This document shows, piece after piece, positions 14,601 to 27,900 of a stretch of DNA of 64,000 nucleotides (position 1 is the stretch's first letter; each line of letters opens with the position of its first letter). The position numbers and the translations under genes were made by a program. The notes beneath the pieces were generated by a model. That model had not been told where the DNA came from, made no database searches, and worked only from the letters and a program-made list of their open reading frames with translations. This DNA comes from Lingula anatina (lineage: Eukaryota; Animalia; Brachiopoda): assembly GCA_051362555.1 (NCBI GenBank), contig CM120647.1, positions 11,012,651-11,076,650 of the forward strand, read 5' to 3'.

Positions 14601-15910
14601 GGTGGTTTCGGTTTAATTGCAGCAGCATATCCTGAAGGACAGTGAGTCCTGTAACCTGGTGGTAAGATGTCGATACATTGGGCGTGGTCTCTGTGTAGGT
14701 GCATCAGTCTGGGCATAACCCTATAAAACTGTGCAGACCATTCCGTTTGACACAATAATCTGTCTGGCAATGTCTGTCTTTTTCGCGCCATTCTGGCACA
14801 GCTTAACAATTTTAAAAAACACTGCTTAATTCATTTTACGCACTGCAAAACAGACCGTTCGCATGCAAAATTTCAAATTCTTCGATACAGTAGTTGCCGA
14901 CATATGGATACTTTTTTGACAGAACCATGCTTCATCAAAGCCAAGCTTTGACCAGCCCAAAGGAGCACCAGACAATTAAATCACTGCATATTACACAATG
15001 CAGCAGTGCAACAGACTTGGTAGTCAGTTAATTGGTAGTGACACACCTGACTGCACACTTCTCCAGTCAGATATCTTATGTGAGATCTGAGTTTTTTGAA
15101 AAAAGAAAGCATTTTTACCTAGGTATACCTTTAAAACTGAAATATTCCATATTAAATGTCAAGTCTGTATTATTGTAAATATATACACACGTTGATACAG
15201 AACACTTTATGTATTAAAACAAGTTACGGATGTTTTCAAATTTTTTTCTATTGAAAATATTTATTCATTTCAGAGTTTTTCCAAAAGCGCACATTTGGCT
15301 TAGAGGAAGCGTCACCAAAAACGTCAGCATCTTCGACATCTCCGCTGAAACCGATATTTACCTAGGATTTCCACGTAACCCACTCTCAGTAAGTCATCTT
15401 GTCAGTAACACTTCTCTATCTCATCTTCTCGGTCCTGAAAATGAGATTAATGTTTATGTAAATTATATATGGGGCAGCTTGTATTGAAGCTTACATCTCA
15501 TTTTCAAACAAGGGAAGCAAGAAGCAGGTATCTGCCCTCAAGACCATTTCACTGGTTTATATAACCATATTGTTTTGGGTGTTACATGTACCTGTAGGTA
15601 CACCATAACTCATCAGCGTCACCCCTCGCCCTGTTCTATCACATTAGTTATTATATAGAAGCTGGCATAACTTGATAATAACCAACTGTCACTTTATAGT
15701 ATAATTACCAAATTTGTTACACCATAATTTGATAATTTCAGTTGCTTACTCACGTATTCCTGGAGGAGTGGAATGCTCTTGTAAAACTGGACGTCGTTGC
15801 ATCGTGCACTCTTAAGTTTAAGTTGTTTGGCAAGCAACAAAGCATAAGATTTAAGGAACTGGGTGTCTCCAGTATGGAAACCCACATGTCAGTTGGTGGT
15901 AAGTGCTAGA

Positions 15911-15959
<49 letters not shown>

Positions 15960-18900
15960 GACACGCACAAAGACACGAACACATTGAACAAGTTCTTGTT
16001 TCCCATCAACGCTGTTAAGATGTCAATTATCCTGTTCTTACCAGGCCTAGAACCAAGACAGTGGTGCGGAGCAAACGCCAACCCTCCAGGAATATTCTTG
16101 TCACTTCGGCTCAGCATCAACCCCTTCAGGAACATCCCCATACTAGGTAAGTTACATTGTTTAAGGAGCAGATCAAGAGAGTAGGCGAGTATGTGTACTT
16201 GATAACTCATACCTCTGCCAAACAGCAACATAACGTTGGCCAGAGGTATTATTTCTCGTTTTTTTCGAAACGTCAACTCTTTTGCAGAAAATCAAATATT
16301 CAGTTTAAAGAAAAATAAGCGAATATCTTAACTGCCTTTTTGAATTTACTGAATTTTTTATTGCACAATAGGTGATTGGGTGTTTGACAACCGACATTCG
16401 GTCTATGCTTTCGTTACCTACGACCAGTCGGACAAGATCAAAAACTTGACAACCGTTGATCTAATTAGAGATATCATAGATATCCAACAAACCGTGGATC
16501 ACTTCATGGAGGTAAAAACGGTCAACAGGGACAATAAAACCATTACATAATTCGATGTTCTTTTGCCGTTGAATGATATCCATCTGTAAAACAATTTTTT
16601 AATCATGTATTTATTATATTCATTTTTATAGTTTGAAAACAATCAAGCCACATGCACTAATATATGAAATTTATCAAAAACAAGATGAAAGCTTTCGTAC
16701 CGTTAGCCTACGGACAACTTGGACGTACATGTAGCTAAGGAGGGTGGGTGGGTCAGTCGGTAGCGTGCTTGGATGCAAAAGACTGCATTCTGATCGGGCA
16801 GTCACCAGAACGAATGCGGGCTCTCGTGGGTCCTAGCAATTTACCTTTTGCACAATAAAACGATATACTTTAGAATAAGTGATCGATTTAAAAAGAACAT
16901 AGTAGCATAAAGTCTGCGTCGTCAATAATATGACGTGGGAATGGTCATTGATCTCTATCTTTTTCCAGCTACGCCATCGATCAAACTTGCATTGAGCTGT
17001 TGGTAACCCGGTACAGGGCCTCGCCTGTCATACTGCTATGTTCAGCAAAATGGGCTAATTTCTCAGTGGGATTTTCAGAGAAAAAAAAAGTTTTATATAT
17101 TTTTTTACAAAAGTAGCGTCACGTCTATTGCTTTTACCAGCTGTATACTACGTTTTGTCTTTTTATGCACCCCCTTCCTATGTTGGGTCCATGCTTCTCA
17201 AGACTGTTCATATGTTCATTCAGTACCCGGGGCAACTCCGCAGTCAACAATGAAAGAGTAAAATCTACTCAAACCTGAACCCGCCAAGGTGTGAACAGCT
17301 GTGGATCTTATCGTGCTCTTTAACGTCAAAGGTGAAAGCAGACGTTATCTCATTGCGAAATAAAATGAAACTCAAAACATGTGAACTCATCTAACTAGGA
17401 ACATTTCGAGCGGATAAGCAATGAAACCGATCGAACTTGAATTGATTCAGTAGCTTCAGGTGTAACAGCACGTCACACCACCTGTTAACCGCGTTCACCA
17501 GAAAAAAATCTTTTCGGCGGAATTATTTGTCAAATATGTTTTACTCGAAATTCGCATCGACGCAATTGCTTGAATGGAAAACGCACCAGTTTTTCTGCAC
17601 ATTTGAACGTTTTAATTACAACATTCGCTTCTTAGGGCCTCGCTAAAACTAAAACCCGCCTGCTGTGAGCCGCGTTTGAACCCAATGTACGCTTCAGTGT
17701 CACTGGTAAAGGCAAGCTAAATCTCGGTATATACACCAAATTCCTCGTTAAAGAAGTCAGCTCTGTAGGATTTCTCCGTGTCGGGTTCTCAGACACGGCT
17801 TCGTGTGCATCATGAAGTTTAACGGTCATGATAAACCCTGGTCGAGAACTGGGGCTGTCCGGGTTGAAATAGGGCACCCGGATTATCGATTGAAATAGCA
17901 TCCAAACTGGCCCTCTCCCTGACAAGGTATAAAAAGTTCCATTTGATCCTCCACCGATCAACGAAGCTTCTGTGGCTCCGTGGTAACTTCGTCGACTTCT
18001 CCGTGAGTCTACCCTTATCCATGGGTTCGAGACCCAGCGCGATGACTATAATATTTTTTTTGCTAGAAGCAATCTTTAAAATTTGCTTTTGATTACTTTA
18101 AGAGGAAACTCGTCCCTAGGGAGGGTGGCGGGTCAGTCGCGGCGCAGTGGTAACTTCGTCGACTTCTCCGTGAGTCTACCCTTATCCATGGGTTCGAGAC
18201 CCAGCGCGATGACTATAATATTTTTTTTGCTAGAAGCAATCTTTCAAATTTGCTTTTGATTACTTTAAGAGGAAACTCGTCCCTAGGGAGGGTGGCGGGG
18301 CAGTCGCGGCGCAGTCGGTAGCGTGCTTGGATGCAAAAGACAATACAAAGCGTCACCAACCATGGTAACGAGAAATCACGAGTTCGAATCCCGGATGAGG
18401 CACGTCAGTCCATCACGACAACCACCTTGCGCTCTGATCGGGCAGTCACCAGAACGAATGCGGGCTCTCGTGGGTCCTAGCAATTTACCTTTTGCACAAA
18501 TAAACGATATACTTAAGAATAAGTGATCGATTTAAAAAGAACATAGTAGCATAAAGTCTGCGTCGTCAATAATATGTCGTGGGAATGGTCATTGATCTCT
18601 ATCTTTTTCCAGCTACGCCATCGATCAAACTTGCATTGAGCTATTGCTAACCCGGTAAAGGGCCTCGCCAGTCATACTGCAATGTTCAGCAAAATGGGCT
18701 ATTTTCTCGAAGGGATTTTCAGAGAAAAAAAAAAGTTTTATATATTTTTTTACAAAGGTAGCGTCGCCTCTATTGCTTTTACCAGTTGTATACTACGTTT
18801 TGTCTTTTTATGCACCCCCTTCCTATGTTGGGTCCATGCTTCTGAAGACTGTTCATATGTTCATTCAGTACCCGGGGCAACTCCGCAGTCAACAATGAAA

Positions 18901-21900
18901 GAGTAAAATCTACTCAAACCTGAACCCGCCAAGGTGTGAACAGCTGTGGATCTTATCGTGCTCTTTAACGTCAAAGGTGAAAGCAGACGTTATCTCATTG
19001 CGAAATAAAATGAAACTAAAAACATCTGAACTCATCTAACTAGGAACATTTCGAGCGGATAAGCAATGAAACCGATCGAACTTGAATTGATTCAGTAGCT
19101 TCAGGTGTAACAGCACGTCATACCACCTGTTAACCGCGTTCACCAGAAAAAATATCTTTTCGGCGGAATTATTTGCCAAATATGTTTTACTCGAAATTCG
19201 CATCGACGCAATTGCTTGAATGGAAAACGCACCAGTTTTTCTGCACATTTGAACGTTTTAATTACAACATTCGCTTCTTAGGGCCTCGCTAAAACTAAAA
19301 CCCGCCTGCTGTGAGCCGCGTTTGAACCCAATGTTCGCTTCAGTGTCACTGGTAAAGGCAAGCTAAATCTCGGTATATACACCAAATTCCTCGTTAAAGA
19401 AGTCAGCTCTGTAGGAATTCTCCGTGTCGGGTTCTCAGACACGGCTTCGTGTGCATCATGAAGTTTAACGGTCATGATAAACCCTGGTCGAGGACTGGGG
19501 CTGTCCGGGTTGAAATAGGGCACCCGGATTATCGATTGAAATAGCATCCAAACTGGCCCTCTCCCTGACAAGGTATAAAGTTTCCATTTGATCCACCACT
19601 GATCAACGAAGCTTCTTTGGCTCCGTGGTAACTTCGTCGCCTTCTGCGTGAGTCTACCCTTATCCACGGGTTCGAGACCCAGCGCGATGACTATAATATT
19701 TTTTTTGCTAGAAGCAATCTTTAAAATTTGCTTTTGATTACTTCAAGAGGAAACTCGTCCCTAGGGAGGGTGGCGGGGCAGTCGCGGCGCAGTCGGTAGC
19801 GTGCTTGGATGCATAAGACAATACAAAGCGTCACCAACCATGGTAACGAGAAATCACGAGTTCGAATCCCGGATGAGGCACGTCAGTCCATCACGACAAC
19901 CACCTTGCGCTCTGATCGGGCAGTCACCAGAACGAATGCGGGCTCTCGTGGGTCCTAGCAATTTACCTTTTGCACAAATAAACGATATACTTAAGAATAA
20001 GTGATCGATTTAAAAAGAACATAGTAGCATAAAGTCTGCGTCGTCAATAATATGTCGTGGGAATGGTCATTGATCTCTATCTTTTTCCAGCTACGCCATC
20101 GATCAAACTTGCATTGAGCTATTGCTAACCCGGTAAAGGGCCTCGCCAGTCATACTGCAATGTTCAGCAAAATGGGCTATTTTCTCGAAGGGATTTTCAG
20201 AGAAAAAAAAAAGTTTTATATATTTTTTTACAAAGGTAGCGTCGCCTCTATTGCTTTTACCAGTTGTATACTACGTTTTGTCTTTTTATGCACCCCCTTC
20301 CTATGTTGGGTCCATGCTTCTGAAGACTGTTCATATGTTCATTCAGTACCCGGGGCAACTCCGCAGTCAACAATGAAAGAGTAAAATCTACTCAAACCTG
20401 AACCCGCCAAGGTGTGAACAGCTGTGGATCTTATCGTGCTCTTTAACGTCAAAGGTGAAAGCAGACGTTATCTCATTGCGAAATAAAATGAAACTAAAAA
20501 CATCTGAACTCATCTAACTAGGAACATTTCGAGCGGATAAGCAATGAAACCGATCGAACTTGAATTGATTCAGTAGCTTCAGGTGTAACAGCACGTCATA
20601 CCACCTGTTAACCGCGTTCACCAAAAAAAAAAATATCTTTTCGGCGGAATTATTTGCCAAATATGTTTTACTCGAAATTCGCATCGACGCAATTGCTTGA
20701 ATGGAAAACGCACCAGTTTTTCTGCACATTTGAACGTTTTAATTACAACATTCGCTTCTTAGGGCCTCGCTAAAACTAAAACCCGCCTGCTGTGAGCCGC
20801 GTTTGAACCCAATGTTCGCTTCAGTGTCACTGGTAAAGGCAAGCTAAATCTCGGTATATACACCAAATTCCTCGTTAAAGAAGTCAGCTCTGTAGGAATT
20901 CTCCGTGTCGGGTTCTCAGACACGGCTTCGTGTGCATCATGAAGATTAACGGTCATGATAAACCCTGGTCGAGGACTGGGGCTGTCCGGGTTGAAATAGG
21001 GCACCCGGATTATCGATTGAAATAGCATCCAAACTGGCCCTCTCCCTGACAAGGTATAAAGTTTCCATTTGATCCACCACTGATCAACGAAGCTTCTTTG
21101 GCTCCGTGGTAACTTCGTCGCCTTCTGCGAGAGTCTACCCTTATCCACGGGTTCGAGACCCAGCGCGATGACTATAATATTTTTTTTGCTAGAAGCAATC
21201 TTTAAAATTTGCTTTTGATTACTTCAAGAGGAAACTCGTCCCTAGGGAGGGTGGCGGGTCAGTCGCGGCGCAGTCGGTAGCGTGCTTGGATGCAAAAGAC
21301 AATACAAAGCGTCACCAACCATGGTAACGAGAAATCACGAGTTCGAATCCCGGATGAGGCACGTCAGTCCATCACGACAACCACCTTGCGCTCTGATCGG
21401 GCAGTCACCAGAACGAATGCGGGCTCTCGTGGGTCCTAGCAATTTACCTTTTGCACAAATAAACGATATACTTAAGAATAAGTGATCGATTTAAAAAGAA
21501 CATAGTAGCATAAAGTCTGCGTCGTCAATAATATGTCGTGGGAATGGTCATTGATCTCTATCTTTTTCCAGCTACGCCATCGATCAAACTTGCATTGAGC
21601 TATTGCTAACCCGGTAAAGGGCCTCGCCAGTCATACTGCAATGTTCAGCAAAATGGGCTATTTTCTCGAAGGGATTTTCAGAGAAAAAAAAAAGTTTTAT
21701 ATATTTTTTTACAAAGGTAGCGTCGCCTCTATTGCTTTTACCAGTTGTATACTACGTTTTGTCTTTTTATGCACCCCCTTCCTATGTTGGGTCCATGCTT
21801 CTGAAGACTGTTCATATGTTCATTCAGTACCCGGGGCAACTCCGCAGTCAACAATGAAAGAGTAAAATCTACTCAAACCTGAACCCGCCAAGGTGTGAAC

Positions 21901-24900
21901 AGCTGTGGATCTTATCGTGCTCTTTAACGTCAAAGGTGAAAGCAGACGTTATCTCATTGCGAAATAAAATGAAACTAAAAACATCTGAACTCATCTAACT
22001 AGGAACATTTCGAGCGGATAAGCAATGAAACCGATCGAACTTGAATTGATTCAGTAGCTTCAGGTGTAACAGCACGTCATACCACCTGTTAACCGCGTTC
22101 ACCAAAAAAAAAAATATCTTTTCGGCGGAATTATTTGCCAAATATGTTTTACTCGAAATTCGCATCGACGCAATTGCTTGAATGGAAAACGCACCAGTTT
22201 TTCTGCACATTTGAACGTTTTAATTACAACATTCGCTTCTTAGGGCCTCGCTAAAACTAAAACCCGCCTGCTGTGAGCCGCGTTTGAACCCAATGTTCGC
22301 TTCAGTGTCACTGGTAAAGGCAAGCTAAATCTCGGTATATACACCAAATTCCTCGTTAAAGAAGTCAGCTCTGTAGGAATTCTCCGTGTCGGGTTCTCAG
22401 ACACGGCTTCGTGTGCATCATGAAGATTAACGGTCATGATAAACCCTGGTCGAGGACTGGGGCTGTCCGGGTTGAAATAGGGCACCCGGATTATCGATTG
22501 AAATAGCATCCAAACTGGCCCTCTCCCTGACAAGGTATAAAGTTTCCATTTGATCCACCACTGATCAACGAAGCTTCTTTGGCTCCGTGGTAACTTCGTC
22601 GCCTTCTGCGAGAGTCTACCCTTATCCACGGGTTCGAGACCCAGCGCGATGACTATAATATTTTTTTTGCTAGAAGCAATCTTTAAAATTTGCTTTTGAT
22701 TACTTCAAGAGGAAACTCGTCCCTAGGGAGGGTGGCGGGTCAGTCGCGGCGCAGTCGGTAGCGTGCTTGGATGCAAAAGACAATACAAAGCGTCACCAAC
22801 CATGGTAACGAGAAATCACGAGTTCGAATCCCGGATGAGGCACGTCAGTCCATCACGACAACCACCTTGCGCTCTGATCGGGCAGTCACCAGAACGAATG
22901 CGGGCTCTCGTGGGTCCTAGCAATTTACCTTTTGCACAAATAAACGATATACTTAAGAATAAGTGATCGATTTAAAAAGAACATAGTAGCATAAAGTCTG
23001 CGTCGTCAATAATATGTCGTGGGAATGGTCATTGATCTCTATCTTTTTCCAGCTACGCCATCGATCAAACTTGCATTGAGCTATTGCTAACCCGGTAAAG
23101 GGCCTCGCCAGTCATACTGCAATGTTCAGCAAAATGGGCTATTTTCTCGGTGGGATTTTCAGAGAAAAAAAAGTTTTATATATTTTTTTACAAAAGTAGC
23201 GTCGCCTGTATTGCTTTTACCAGTTGTATACTACGTTTTGTCTTTTTATGCACCCCCTTCCTATGTTGGGTCCATGCTTCTGAAGACTGTTCATATGTTC
23301 ATTCAGTACCCGGGGCAACTCCGCAGTCAACAATGAAAGAGTAAAATCTACTCAAACCTGAACCCGCCAAGGTGTGAACAGCTGTGGATCTTATCGTGCT
23401 CTTTAACGTCAAAGGTGAAAGCAGACGTTATCTCATTGCGAAATAAAATGAAACTAAAAACATCTGAACTCATCTAACTAGGAACATTTCGAGCGGATAA
23501 GCAATGAAACCGATCGAACTTGAATTGATTCAGTAGCTTCAGGTGTAACAGCACGTCATACCACCTGTTAACCGCGTTCACCAGAAAAAAAATATCTTTT
23601 CGGCGGAATTATTTGCCAAATATGTTTTACTCGAAATTCGCATCGACGCAATTGCTTGAATGGAAAACGCACCAGTTTTTCTGCACATTTGAACGTTTTA
23701 ATTACAACATTCGCTTCTTAGGGCCTCGCTAAAACTAAAACCCGCCTGCTGTGAGCCGCGTTTGAACCCAATGTTCGCTTCAGTGTCACTGGTAAAGGCA
23801 AGCTAAATCTCGGTATATACACCAAATTCCTCGTTAAAGAAGTCAGCTCTGTAGGAATTCTCCGTGTCGGGTTCTCAGACACGGCTTCGTGTGCATCATG
23901 AAGATTAACGGTCATGATAAACCCTGGTCGAGGACTGGGGCTGTCCGGGTTGAAATAGGGCACCCGGATTATCGATTGAAATAGCATCCAAACTGGCCCT
24001 CTCCCTGACAAGGTATAAAGTTTCCATTTGATCCACCACTGATCAACGAAGCTTCTTTGGCTCCGTGGTAACTTCGTCGCCTTCTGCGAGAGTCTACCCT
24101 TATCCACGGGTTCGAGACCCAGCGCGATGACTATAATATTTTTTTTGCTAGAAGCAATCTTTAAAATTTGCTTTTGATTACTTTTAGAGGAAACTCGTCC
24201 CTAGGGAGGGTGGCGGGTCAGTCGCGGCGCAGTCGGTAGCGTGCTTGGATGCATAAGACAATACAAAGCGTCACCAACCATGGTAACGAGAAATCACGAG
24301 TTCGAATCCCGGATGAGGCACGTCAGTCCATCACGACAACCACCTTGCGCTCTGATCGGACAGTCACCAGAACGAATGCGGGCTCTCGTGGGTCCTAGCA
24401 ATTTACCTTTTGCACAAATAAACGATATACTTAAGAATAAGTGATCGATTTAAAAAGAACATAGTAGCATAAAGTCTGCGTCGTCAATAATATGTCGTGG
24501 GAATGGTCATTGATCTCTATCTTTTTCCAGCTACGCCATCGATCAAACTTGCATTGAGCTATTGCTAACCCGGTAAAGGGCCTCGCCAGTCATACTGCAA
24601 TGTTCAGCAAAATGGGCTATTTTCTCGGTGGGATTTTCAGAGAAAAAAAAGTTTTATATATTTTTTTACAAAAGTAGCGTCGCCTCTATTGCTTTTACCA
24701 GTTGTATACTACGTTTTGTCTTTTTATGCACCCCCTTCCTATGTTGGGTCCATGCTTCTGAAGACTGTTCATATGTTCATTCAGTACCCGGGGCAAATCC
24801 GCAGTCAACAATGAAAGAGTAAAATCTACTCAAACCTGAACCCTACTCATTGCGAAATAAAATGAAACTAAAAACATCTGAACTCATCTAACTAGGAACA

Positions 24901-27900
24901 TTTCGAGCGGATAAGCAATGAAACCGATCGAACTTGAATTGATTCAGTAGCTTCAGGTGTAACAGCACGTCATACCACCTGTTAACCGCGTTCACCAAAA
25001 AAAAAAAAAATCTTTTCGGCGGAATTATTTGCCAAATATGTTTTACTCGAAATTCGCATCGACGCAATTGCTTGAATGGAAAACGCACCAGTTTTTCTGC
25101 ACATTTGAACGTTTTAATTACAACATTCGCTTCTTAGGGCCTCGCTAAAACTAAAACCCGCCTGCTGTGAGCCGCGTTTGAACCCAATGTTCGCTTCAGT
25201 GTCACTGGTAAAGGCAAGCTAAATCTCGGTATATACACCAAATTCCTCGTTAAAGAAGTCAGCTCTGTAGGAATTCTCCGTGTCGGGTTCTCAGACACGG
25301 CTTCGTGTGCATCATGAAGATTAACGGTCATGATAAACCCTGGTCGAGGACTGGGGCTGTCCGGGTTGAAATAGGGCACCCGGATTATCGATTGAAATAG
25401 CATCCAAACTGGCCCTCTCCCTGACAAGGTATAAAGTTTCCATTTGATCCACCACTGATTCTCCGTGTCGGGTTCTCAGACACGGCTTCGTGTGCATCAT
25501 GAAGATTAACGGTCATGATAAACCCTGGTCGAGGACTGGGGCTGTCCGGGTTGAAATAGGGCACCCGGATTATCGATTGAAATAGCATCCAAACTGGCCC
25601 TCTCCCTGACAAGGTATAAAGTTTCCATTTGATCCACCACTGATCAACGAAGCTTCTTTGGCTCCGTGGTAACTTCGTCGCCTTCTGCGAGAGTCTACCC
25701 TTATCCACGGGTTCGAGACCCAGCGCGATGACTATAATATTTTTTTTTGCTAGAAGCAATCTTTAAAATTTGCTTTTGATTACTTCAAGAGGAAACTCGT
25801 CCCTAGGGAGGGTGGCGGGTCAGTCGCGGCGCAGTCGGTAGCGTGCTTGGATGCAAAAGACAATACAAAGCGTCACCAACCATGGTAACGAGAAATCACG
25901 AGTTCGAATCCCGGATGAGGCACGTCAGTCCATCACGACAACCACCTTGCGCACTGATCGGGCAGTCACCAGAACGAATGCGGGCTCTCGTGGGTCCTAG
26001 CAATTTACCTTTTGCACAAATAAACGATATACTTAAGAATAATTGATCGATTTAAAAAGAACATAGTAGCATAAAGTCTGCGTCGTCAATAATATGTCGT
26101 GGGAATGGTCATTGATCTCTATCTTTTTCCAGCTACGCCATCGATCAAACTTGCATTGAGCTATTGCTAACCCGGTAAAGGGCCTCGCCAGTCATACTGC
26201 AATGTTCAGCAAAATGGGCTATTTTCTCGGTGGGATTTTCAGAGAAAAAAAAAGTTTTATATATTTTTTTACAAAAGTAGCGTCGCCTCTATTGCTTTTA
26301 CCAGTTGTATACTACGTTTTGTCTTTTTATGCACCCCCTTCCTATGTTGGGTCCATGCTTCTGAAGACTGTTCATATGTTCATTCAGTACCCGGGGCAAA
26401 TCCGCAGTCAACAATGAAAGAGTAAAATCTACTCAAACCTGAACCCGCCAAGGTGTGAACAGCTGTGGATCTTATCGTGCTCTTTAACGTCAAAGGTGAA
26501 AGCAGACGTTATCTCATTGCGAAATAAAATGAAACTAAAAACATCTGAACTCATCTAACTAGGAACATTTCGAGCGGATAAGCAATGAAACCGATCGAAC
26601 TTGAATTGATTCAGTAGCTTCAGGTGTAACAGCACGTCATACCACCTGTTAACCGCGTTCACCAAAAAAAAAAAAATCTTTTCGGCGGAATTATTTGCCA
26701 AATATGTTTTACTCGAAATTCGCATCGACGCAATTGCTTGAATGGAAAACGCACCAGTTTTTCTGCACATTTGAACGTTTTAATTACAACATTCGCTTCT
26801 TAGGGCCTCGCTAAAACTAAAACCCGCCTGCTGTGAGCCGCGTTTGAACCCAATGTTCGCTTCAGTGTCACTGGTAAAGGCAAGCTAAATCTCGGTATAT
26901 ACACCAAATTCCTCGTTAAAGAAGTCAGCTCTGTAGGAATTCTCCGTGTCGGGTTCTCAGACACGGCTTCGTGTGCATCATGAAGATTAACGGTCATGAT
27001 AAACCCTGGTCGAGGACTGGGGCTGTCCGGGTTGAAATAGGGCACCCGGATTATCGATTGAAATAGCATCCAAACTGGCCCTCTCCCTGACAAGGTATAA
27101 AGTTTCCATTTGATCCACCACTGATTCTCCGTGTCGGGTTCTCAGACACGGCTTCGTGTGCATCATGAAGATTAACGGTCATGATAAACCCTGGTCGAGG
27201 ACTGGGGCTGTCCGGGTTGAAATAGGGCACCCGGATTATCGATTGAAATAGCATCCAAACTGGCCCTCTCCCTGACAAGGTATAAAGTTTCCATTTGATC
27301 CACCACTGATCAACGAAGCTTCTTTGGCTCCGTGGTAACTTCGTCGCCTTCTGCGAGAGTCTACCCTTATCCACGGGTTCGAGACCCAGCGCGATGACTA
27401 TAATATTTTTTTTGCTAGAAGCAATCTTTAAAATTTGCTTTTGATTACTTCAAGAGGAAACTCGTCCCTAGGGAGGGTGGCGGGTCAGTCGCGGCGCAGT
27501 CGGTAGCGTGCTTGGATGCAAAAGACAATACAAAGCGTCACCAACCATGGTAACGAGAAATCACGAGTTCGAATCCCGGATGAGGCACGTCAGTCCATCA
27601 CGACAACCACCTTGCGCACTGATCGGGCAGTCACCAGAACGAATGCGGGCTCTCGTGGGTCCTAGCAATTTACCTTTTGCACAAATAAACGATATACTTA
27701 AGAATAATTGATCGATTTAAAAAGAACATAGTAGCATAAAGTCTGCGTCGTCAATAATATGTCGTGGGAATGGTCATTGATCTCTATCTTTTTCCAGCTA
27801 CGCCATCGATCAAACTTGCATTGAGCTATTGCTAACCCGGTAAAGGGCCTCGCCAGTCATACTGCAATGTTCAGCAAAATGGGCTATTTTCTCGGTGGGA

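Noticed and set aside
19300-19390. Third Pol III cassette on the minus strand (GGGTTCAAACGC)
   Set aside because: B-box-like only; no convincing A box at a suitable distance.
19778-19880. Functional intron-containing tRNA (Cys/Met/Pro)
   Set aside because: Acceptor stem does not pair, T stem has two mismatches, position 8 is C.
19890-19950. HDV-like ribozyme or RNase MRP/P CR-V motif (AACGAATGCGGGCTC)
   Set aside because: Could not build P1/P1.1/P4 pairings or find the complementary CR-I by eye; a covariance-model search would settle it.
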